Source: Synechocystis sp. PCC 6803 substr. PCC-P (GTDB lineage: Bacteria; Cyanobacteriota; Cyanobacteriia; Cyanobacteriales; Microcystaceae). Taken from it: DNA of 32,000 bases. The position numbers and the translations under genes are program-made. Every line of letters starts with the position of its first letter. Position 1 is the first letter of the stretch. The DNA is taken from the NCBI RefSeq assembly GCF_000284455.1, contig NC_017039.1, positions 1,410,001 to 1,442,000 on the forward strand. The letters run 5' to 3'. The notes under the pieces were generated by a model, which did not search any database, was not told the origin of the DNA, and saw nothing but the letters and a program-made list of their open reading frames with translations. Positions 8,933-15,400 of the stretch are shown here, in pieces.

Positions 8933-9559
8933 TCATAGCGTATCCCCATACTCATCCAACAAAGCAAGAATATTTTCTAGTTGTCGTCGATGGGGGGAGT
9001 TGGGCTCAAGTTGGTAGCGGATGAGTGCAAGACGGTATTGATTTTCGATTCTAGTTCGGCGAGCTTCTTGTCCAACTCGGCGAGCCTCTCGTTCTCTTGC
9101 CTCAGCTCTTCGGTCTCTTGCCTCAGCTCTTTCATTCTCTGCTCGTGCAAGCTCTTCTTCTCGTTCTCGATCCTGTTTTGCTTCTCGAGCCACTGTTCGT
9201 GCGCGATCCTCGCTTCTTCGTTGCTCTTCCTCAGCTCTTCGGTTTCTTGCCTCAGTTGTTTGTTGTATTTCCTCAAGTCGGACAAACCCCCGTAGGAGTT
9301 GATCCAAGACCACAAACGAGAAAGTAAGCCCGGCGAAGCTGAGTCCTGCCCATTGGGGGATGGAGATTTCGTAGTTTCGGAAGTAGATGGTGTCATACTT
9401 TAATGCTACTCCAGTCAAAAAGACTAGCAACGTGGTAACAATGGCAACGAAGGTTTGAAAGTCCGGTATTGTTGCTGAGAAATGGATACTCCTATTATCC
9501 CTCTTAGCCTCCCTTAGTAAAGGGGGGAAATTGGTCATAGAACCTCGGGAAGGCAACAA
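8933..9559 (-). CDS. hypothetical membrane-anchored protein with a long Glu/Arg/Ala-rich helical region (copy B of the TM module)
   Basis: 208-aa ORF. The TM module is IPDFQTFVAIVTTLLVFLTGVALKYDTIYFRNYEISIPQWAGLSFAGLTFS. About 100 aa of E/R/A-rich sequence follow, then a normal-looking C-terminus (QYRLALIRYQLEPNSPHRRQLENILALLDEYGDTL). The start is uncertain: the codon matching copy A's ATG is ATA (9467-9469), and the upstream ATGs at 9559 and 9538 lie in repeat-derived sequence. Confidence 0.55.
   Translation of the reverse strand: MLPSRGSMTNFPPLLREAKRDNRSIHFSATIPDFQTFVAIVTTLLVFLTGVALKYDTIYFRNYEISIPQWAGLSFAGLTFSFVVLDQLLRGFVRLEEIQQTTEARNRRAEEEQRRSEDRARTVAREAKQDREREEELARAENERAEARDRRAEAREREARRVGQEARRTRIENQYRLALIRYQLEPNSPHRRQLENILALLDEYGDTL
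9319..9498 (-). repeat. direct repeat copy B (leader plus 5' coding module), partner at 7849..8028
   Basis: See copy A. It includes about 29 nt upstream of the start-codon position (GTTGCTGAG[G/A]AAT...CCTATT). Confidence 0.85.
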
Positions 9560-9576
9560 GAAGACCAGCAGGATAT

Positions 9577-9873
9577 CTAACTCATCAAGCCATCGTTGAT
9601 AGTGGAGGGAAAAGCAATCTTTGCGTAACGCTCTAGGCCAGTGGGAGATAGGTCTTCCCCTTCTGGCCAGGCAATGCCCCCCAGGGGATCTATCTGGGCT
9701 TGGCGGAAATAACGGGGATTTTTTAAGCGCCAGTAATTGTCATTGGTTTCAATGATTGTTTGAAGATCCAGAATCAATTCTTGACCATTTTCTAGTTTGA
9801 TTTGCAGTTGAAAGTTATCCAGAGGAAATACACTGATTGCCTTCAACCAAGGAGTTTTAACCTGAGAGTTCAT
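9577..9873 (-). CDS. DUF2442-family small protein
   Basis: 98 aa. The pattern is P-W-L..V.....L.I.L.NG....DL....., then YFRQAQIDPLGGIAWPEGEDLSPTGL, typical of DUF2442. These genes are often, but not here, paired with DUF4160. Confidence 0.65.
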   Translation of the reverse strand: MNSQVKTPWLKAISVFPLDNFQLQIKLENGQELILDLQTIIETNDNYWRLKNPRYFRQAQIDPLGGIAWPEGEDLSPTGLERYAKIAFPSTINDGLMS

Positions 9874-9924
9874 TCCATTTCTCCATTGACTCTGCTTGAT
9901 TATCAGAAAAATGGGTTTAAAACC

Positions 9925-9940
9925 CCCTCCTTTAGGAGGG
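9925..9940 (+). repeat. left-end subterminal hairpin of the IS200/IS605 element
   Basis: CCCTCC TTTA GGAGGG: a perfect 6-bp stem with a TTTA loop, 27 nt upstream of the tnpB ATG. Confidence 0.6.
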
Positions 9941-9966
9941 CTTTAATTTTCTTGTAGAATAACAGC

Positions 9967-11169
9967 ATGAAGCTAAGGTATCAGTACCGATTTTACCCCA
10001 CAAACCAACAGCGACAGGGCTTAGCCCAGTTGTTCGGATGTGTGCGGGTAGTGTGGAACGATGCTTTAGCTTTTTGCAAAGATTCGGAAAAATTGCCTTC
10101 CTACAATGCCCTGTCTAAACGGTTGACGGAATGCAAACAAACAGAGGAGAAAATTTGGCTTACTGATGTTTCGGCAGTTCCATTACAGCAATCGATCAGA
10201 AATCTTAGTGCGGCTTACAAAAACTTTTTTGATTCAGTCAACGGGAAACGCAAGGGAAAAAAGGTTAATCCTCCTAAATTCAAAAGTCGAAGATCCAAAC
10301 AGTCTGCTACTTTTACCAGTGCCGGATTTGTCTTAAAAGATAACGACAGAATTTACCTAGCGAAAATTGGATTTCTCGATGTGGTCTGGAGTCGCCCCTT
10401 ACCGTCAATACCTAGTTCAGTGACGGTGATTAAGGATAGGGCTAATCGGTACTTTTTAAGCTTTGTTGTCGAAGTTGACCCACAACAATTAGCCGACAAT
10501 GGGCAGTCCGTAGGGATTGATCTTGGCATCATCGACTTTGCCACTTTGAGTACTGGAGAGAAAATCAAATCTCCCAAACCCTTAAAGGCAAAGCTAAAGC
10601 GACTGAGGAAGTGCCAGCGCAATCTTGCTCGTAAACAAAAGGGCAGTAAGCGACGGGAAAAAGCTCGTTTAAGAGTGGCTAAAGTCCATGCCAAGGTAAA
10701 AGATACCCGCACTGACTTTTTGCATAAACTGTCCACCAGATTGATCCGTGAGAACCAAACGGTGATTTTGGAGGATTTAAACACCGCCGGGATGATGAAA
10801 AATCGTCGTCTCTCCCGTGCCATTTCTGACCTTGGTTGGCGTAGTTTTCGGACGATACTAGAAGCTAAGGCAGTCATGTACGGCAGGGAATTTCGGACGA
10901 TTTCCCGTTGGGAACCCACTTCTCAACGTTGCTCCTGTTGTGGTGAAATTGGCGGCAAAAAAGAACTCTCTGTTAGAGAATGGACTTGCCTTTTTTGTGG
11001 GGCAAACCACGACAGAGATATAAATGCCGCAACAAACATACTGGTCGCCGGAGGGCATTCGGAGACTAAAAACGGACGTGGAGGAAAGCGTCAGACTACT
11101 TCGGTAGCGGCATCCGGTGAAGCGTCAACCCACCGAAAAGCTATTCAGTTAACTCTGTTTGCTTCGTAG
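9967..11169 (+). CDS. tnpB: TnpB (IS200/IS605 OrfB) RNA-guided DNA endonuclease
   Basis: 400 aa. The N-terminal OrfB helix-turn-helix is MKLRYQYRFYPTNQQRQGLAQLFGCVRVVWN. The RuvC triad is intact: D in VGIDLG (GAT 10519-10521), E in VILEDLN (GAG 10771-10773) and D in HDRDINAATNI (11011-11019). The CxxC...CxxC zinc finger is CSCCG-x17-CLFCG. Confidence 0.9.
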   Translation: MKLRYQYRFYPTNQQRQGLAQLFGCVRVVWNDALAFCKDSEKLPSYNALSKRLTECKQTEEKIWLTDVSAVPLQQSIRNLSAAYKNFFDSVNGKRKGKKVNPPKFKSRRSKQSATFTSAGFVLKDNDRIYLAKIGFLDVVWSRPLPSIPSSVTVIKDRANRYFLSFVVEVDPQQLADNGQSVGIDLGIIDFATLSTGEKIKSPKPLKAKLKRLRKCQRNLARKQKGSKRREKARLRVAKVHAKVKDTRTDFLHKLSTRLIRENQTVILEDLNTAGMMKNRRLSRAISDLGWRSFRTILEAKAVMYGREFRTISRWEPTSQRCSCCGEIGGKKELSVREWTCLFCGANHDRDINAATNILVAGGHSETKNGRGGKRQTTSVAASGEASTHRKAIQLTLFAS

Positions 11170-11225
11170 GAATCCCCCGGCTTTAGCCGGGTTGGAGGAT
11201 GTCAAAATGCCGTAACTTTAGTGAG
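11040..11225 (+). ncRNA. putative omega-RNA (reRNA) of TnpB: scaffold overlapping the tnpB 3' end and RE, with a guide from flanking DNA
   Basis: Placed only by analogy with characterised TnpB systems, where the omega-RNA spans the tnpB 3' end to the RE and reads into about 16-20 nt of flank. The predicted guide would start at 11206 (AATGCCGTAACTTTAGTGAG). The ends are not determined. Confidence 0.3.
11176..11191 (+). repeat. right-end subterminal hairpin of the IS200/IS605 element
   Basis: CCCGGC TTTA GCCGGG: a perfect 6-bp stem with the same TTTA loop as the LE hairpin, 7 nt after the tnpB stop. Confidence 0.6.
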
Positions 11226-11345
11226 CAGATTTAGAGATTAAATCCTAACCTATTGATCGCGTCTAGTTCCTGTTTGTAAAGTTGGGTTGAATCCCCCCCT
11301 AGCCCCCCTTAGCAAAGGGGGGGGACTGTTTTATCCCCTTAAGGA
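11215..11345 (+). repeat. permuted or partial copy of the MITE-like repeat (right-half module followed by left-half module)
   Basis: 11215-11272 (CTTTAGTGAGCAGATTTAGAGATTAAATCCTAACCT...) matches the right half of the full copies. 11276-11345 (GTAAAGTTGGGTTGAATCCCCCCCTAGCCCCCCTTAGCAAAGGGGGGGGACTG...) matches the left half and hairpin core. The order is reversed relative to copies 1-3. Confidence 0.65.
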
Positions 11346-11364
11346 AAGAGGGAATGAAAAGCAG

Positions 11365-11388
11365 AAAAAACCGCCCCCGGAGGGACGG
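11365..11388 (-). terminator. Rho-independent terminator of hlyA
   Basis: The minus strand reads CCGTCCC-TCCG-GGGGCGG (7-bp stem including one G-U pair, tetraloop) followed by TTTTTT. It lies about 65 nt downstream of the stop at 11453. Confidence 0.7.
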
Positions 11389-11452
11389 CCATAAATCAGT
11401 TAGTTCGATTTATCTGAGGTGGAATAGCCACCCTAGATATAGTTCAGAGAGT

Positions 11453-12463
11453 TTAGGCGTAGAACTCACGAACCTCGAAGTTAGGAGTCAAGTCCAGACC
11501 AAAGGTACCGCTAATACCTGTAAGTTCTACGAGGAAGTCGTCTTGGGAGCTGACAGCCGCAACACCGTTGTTGATGAACAGGAATTCGCGACCAGCCAGA
11601 GCACCAGAAGAGACATTGATCTGTTGCATCTCAACCAGAGAAGGCAAGCCGGGTAGCAAGGAGAAGGAGAGAGACGCACCGACACTGTTGTCTGCATTTA
11701 CAGCTAAGAACACATCGTTGATGTTATTAGCAGAGGCATTAAGGATCGGATCGTTTAGATTGAAGACCGTATTCCCCGCCTGTAAATTAAGGACACGTTG
11801 GACGGCAAGGCCGGATGTAGCATCACCAGACAAGAAGTTATTGGCTCCAGCCGCGAAGACAAATTTGTCGTTGTTTACGTTGAAACCAGTAATGTTATCG
11901 ACGTTGGCTCCATTGACCGCTGCGTTTTCAAAGGCACCATTCATGTACCAGATTTCATTGGCACCGTTAACGCCAACACCGCCGACAGTGACATCATTAC
12001 CGATATCAATAGTGTCTGCACCAAGACCACCATAGAAAGTATCGTTGCCACGACCACCCACGAGCTCGTCATCGCCGCCAACGGCACGGAACTCAAGGCG
12101 GAGTTGAGCCAAATTGATAGCAGCTTGAGCAGCTTGAGCTTTACTATCACCCGCCTGGCCTTGGAGAGTGGCGTAGGGATTGACAAATGTCCAATCGTTG
12201 GGATCCAAGGGATCAAATGGCGCTGACAATTGGTCTACCAGGACAAAGTCACCGGCTAAGAAATCATTGCCGTCGCCACCAGAAATAGAATCGTCACCAC
12301 CGATGAAACTGGTAGTACCGTCTTTGCCAAGCTGGAATCCTTTACCACCATCGATGATGATGCCGTTAGTTATTAATAACACCGACAAACAAGTCACCAA
12401 CCAGGATGTCATTGCCACCCTCACCGGTAATGGAATCATCGCCCGCACTAACGGTGGAACCAT
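11453..12463 (-). CDS. hlyA: C-terminal fragment of the RTX/S-layer protein (true in-frame part begins near 12380)
   Basis: After about 30 out-of-frame residues the translation resumes RTX sequence (NGIIIDGGKGFQLGKDGTTSFIGGDDSISGGDGNDFLAGD, GGRGNDTFYGGLGADTIDIG). It ends in a non-repeat C-terminal domain typical of T1SS substrates. Confidence 0.7.
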   Translation of the reverse strand: MVPPLVRAMIPLPVRVAMTSWLVTCLSVLLITNGIIIDGGKGFQLGKDGTTSFIGGDDSISGGDGNDFLAGDFVLVDQLSAPFDPLDPNDWTFVNPYATLQGQAGDSKAQAAQAAINLAQLRLEFRAVGGDDELVGGRGNDTFYGGLGADTIDIGNDVTVGGVGVNGANEIWYMNGAFENAAVNGANVDNITGFNVNNDKFVFAAGANNFLSGDATSGLAVQRVLNLQAGNTVFNLNDPILNASANNINDVFLAVNADNSVGASLSFSLLPGLPSLVEMQQINVSSGALAGREFLFINNGVAAVSSQDDFLVELTGISGTFGLDLTPNFEVREFYA

Positions 12464-15400
12464 TGACCTGACCTAACTTGAAGTTGGTCAAGTTAATTTC
12501 ACTGTCGTTGAACTCGAAACCAAACAGTCCGACATCACCAACGATGACATCTAGTCCATCGGCACCAGTCATGGTGTCATCACCACCAATGACGGTCAGA
12601 GTCTCAGTCAAGAATATGTCGTTACCAACCCCGTCAACGGCTGCAGCTAAATCGCCAACCAAGAAGTTATCTATGGCAACCTGACCAATAGGAAAGACAA
12701 TCCCGTTATCACCCTGCTTGGTTGTGATGGTGTCATCGCCACCGATAGCGGTTCTTTCGAGGGATGCATTAAGGTCGATGTCTCCGAATGCGCCAATACT
12801 CCAGTCACCAACGGTAATATCACTCCCCAAACCGGCTTCAATGGTATCTTTACCACCATTAAATAAGTTCAGGTCAATATCATCGCCAGTAACCACTAAA
12901 AGATCACCGGCAATTACATCGTTACCACTACCGGCGTCGATGTCATCGTTGCCAAATGGTAATATTTCTTCTAGTGGTAATAAGGGTAATAACAGACTAT
13001 CACCGGAAATGAAATCATCATCGTCGTTACCTTCAATGATGTCATCACCACCTAAACCGGCAATGGAATCCTCGCCACGGCCACCAAAGATGCTGTCATC
13101 GTCACGGCTACCGATGATCTCGTCGTCACCGATGTTGCCAATGACGGTGTAGCCATTGGTGTTAGGAGGGACGTTGGAAGCAGATAGGTCAACAGAACCA
13201 CCGCCAGGATTTTCGATGGTGAGGGTAGCAATACCCAGGTTGAAGGTCAAGCCAGTAGCTTCCCAGTCTTGAACGACCCGAATTTCTGCTTCTGCATCTT
13301 CAGACACCTGGAATTGGTCGCCAGTTTCAGAGTTAGCATCGCCGAGGTCTTCGATGACATCAAAGCCAGCATCAACAAAGAAGAAATCGTCTCCTTCACC
13401 ACCGGACATAATGTCATCACCTTCACCACCCTGGAGGTTGTCATTGCCTTTGCCACCAAAGAGGAAGTCATTTCCTTCATCCCCATTGAGGATGTCATTG
13501 CCGAAGCCAAGGATCGGATCCCCGTCACCGCCGACGAGGGTATCATCACCGGCACCGCCATTGAATTCGACACTGCCAATACCAGTCATTTCAATGAAAT
13601 CGTCACCCTCATCGCCAAAGGCCAGATGCTGACCATCACCGTTACCGGGTTCCCCCGCAATGGGACCGAACAGAATTACGTCGTTGCCTTCACCGCCACG
13701 AACGGTGTGGGCACCAGAGATGGCAGCAACCCCCCTAATGAAATTCCTGGGGTTGTAATCAGCAGGTAAACCTAACTGGGCCAAAAGAACTTGATACTGT
13801 TCTTCCGTAGTCGGAATTGGCTGATCTGCCGCAATAAAGAGATCAAGGTCAGAAGGCTCAGAATCGTCAAAGAACGGATTGGCTATAGTCTCACTGTCTG
13901 GGTCGGCGGTTAGAGCGTCACCGCTGATTTCGATCAAGTCATCACCGGTACCACCTTCAACACTATGACCAGAGCCATTGGCGCTATCACTGGTAAAAGA
14001 ATCACCGGTAATCCGGACAGTGTCGTCGTCGTCACCAGCAAATACAACATGACCAGCGAGATCGACACCTAGAGCCGCACCATTGCCCGAAACTGCTAAG
14101 GTTTTGTCGAATCCGATGAAGATGTCATCTTCACCTGCACCACCGAAGACCACATGGCCAGCAGAGTCACCAATGGCGTCGCCACTGATATTAATGTCGT
14201 CATCACCTGCGCCACCAACCTCGTTGATTAAGTCGAAGCTGTTGACCACATGACCAGCAATGGGACCTTCAGCAACACCAGTGAGAAGAATGCTGTCGTT
14301 ACCTTCGCCACCAATGACAGTGTGACCAGCATCTGTATCACTGAAAGCATCACCGGTAATGGTTAACTCGTCATTGCCAGCACCACCATCCAGGATATGA
14401 CCTTTGGAGATTACGTCTTTCAGATCTTCGCTGAGGGTAAAGGCATCCCGAGCGATGGAAATTTCGTCGTTACCGGAACCACTGAGGAAAGTAATGTCAC
14501 CACCGGGGCGGTCATCAAAGAAAGCTTTCAAATCACCGGTAAAGACTTCCCGGCCTTCAAATTCAGGAATGAGGGCAGAACCAGTGGCATCAACCTTAAC
14601 AACAGAGCCAATCAGGGAAGTGGACAAGGTGAGGTTTTCAATGCCAGTGATGCCAATGCTCTCAACTGCCACAATGCCTTCAATGTCTACCGTGTTGGTA
14701 TTACCTTTGGACGAGGTGGTAACCCCGGAGGTGAGGCCAAGGGTTTCGTAGCCACCGTTGCCGGAGAAGTCGCTGATCTTGATACTGGTGACATCAGGAC
14801 CGTCCTCGGTGACTTGGTCTACTGTGAGTAGCAAGAGATCATTGTCCCCGGCTAATTCGGGGTCAGCAATGCTGAAGCTAACATCATCACCGAAGAAGTA
14901 GTTGGTAACGGAGACGGTTTCCAAAGCAGTTTGGAGGTTGATGAGCTCTAGGTCACCACCTTTGGTACCGCTCGCTGCAACGTTTTTCAGACCAGTGATG
15001 AAACCTTGACCAACCACGTCGAAATCATTCGACACCAAAGTCAGGTCGTTTTCGATTAGGGTGGCTACGAGGGTTTCGATTCCATCCAGCACCGGGAAAA
15101 TGGTATTGATGTTACCAAAGGTGGCTTCTTGCCAGGTCAAGCTCAAAGTTGGATCTTCGCCGGTACCAGTCAGGCGATCATTACTGTTGAGGGTATTAAA
15201 GATGGAGCCACCTTCAACCACAGCCACCGACAGGAAGGAGTTGCCAGAACGAATGTCAGCTTGAGGCGTCAGGATAACGTCAGCCACAAGGAAGTTGAAA
15301 TCAGACGCATTGGTGGCACCATTGACGATAACAGCCTCGGCTTCGGTGATAACACCAAGATCGGGGTTGGTGTTGGTGAGGGAGTAGCTAACCGCACCGT

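Larger units (their letters stand above)
9901..11205 (+). mobile_element. tnpB-only (non-autonomous, IS1341-like) IS200/IS605-family element; boundaries approximate
   Basis: A single tnpB ORF with no tnpA. The subterminal hairpins have similar architecture (6-bp stems, same TTTA loop): LE CCCTCC-TTTA-GGAGGG (9925..9940) and RE CCCGGC-TTTA-GCCGGG (11176..11191). I inferred the boundaries from TTGAT at 9896-9900 (possible target/TAM) and TCAA at 11202-11205 (possible RE cleavage tetranucleotide), by analogy with ISDra2/IS608. Confidence 0.6.

Noticed and set aside
10353-10919. 188-aa ORF antisense to tnpB
   Set aside because: It lies wholly within the tnpB coding region on the opposite strand and has no motifs. 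The TnpB frame is strongly supported by its catalytic and zinc-finger motifs.
12366-12463. Programmed ribosomal frameshifting as the explanation for the two overlapping hlyA ORFs
   Set aside because: I could see no slippery heptamer with a downstream structure, and the shift sits in a plain A/T run. A mutation or sequencing error is more parsimonious.
12500-14400. Regularly spaced nucleotide repeats that might suggest a CRISPR-like or tandem-repeat array
   Set aside because: The periodicity is the 27-nt RTX nonapeptide (GGxGxDxUx) coding repeat within an open reading frame. There are no conserved direct repeats separated by unique spacers.
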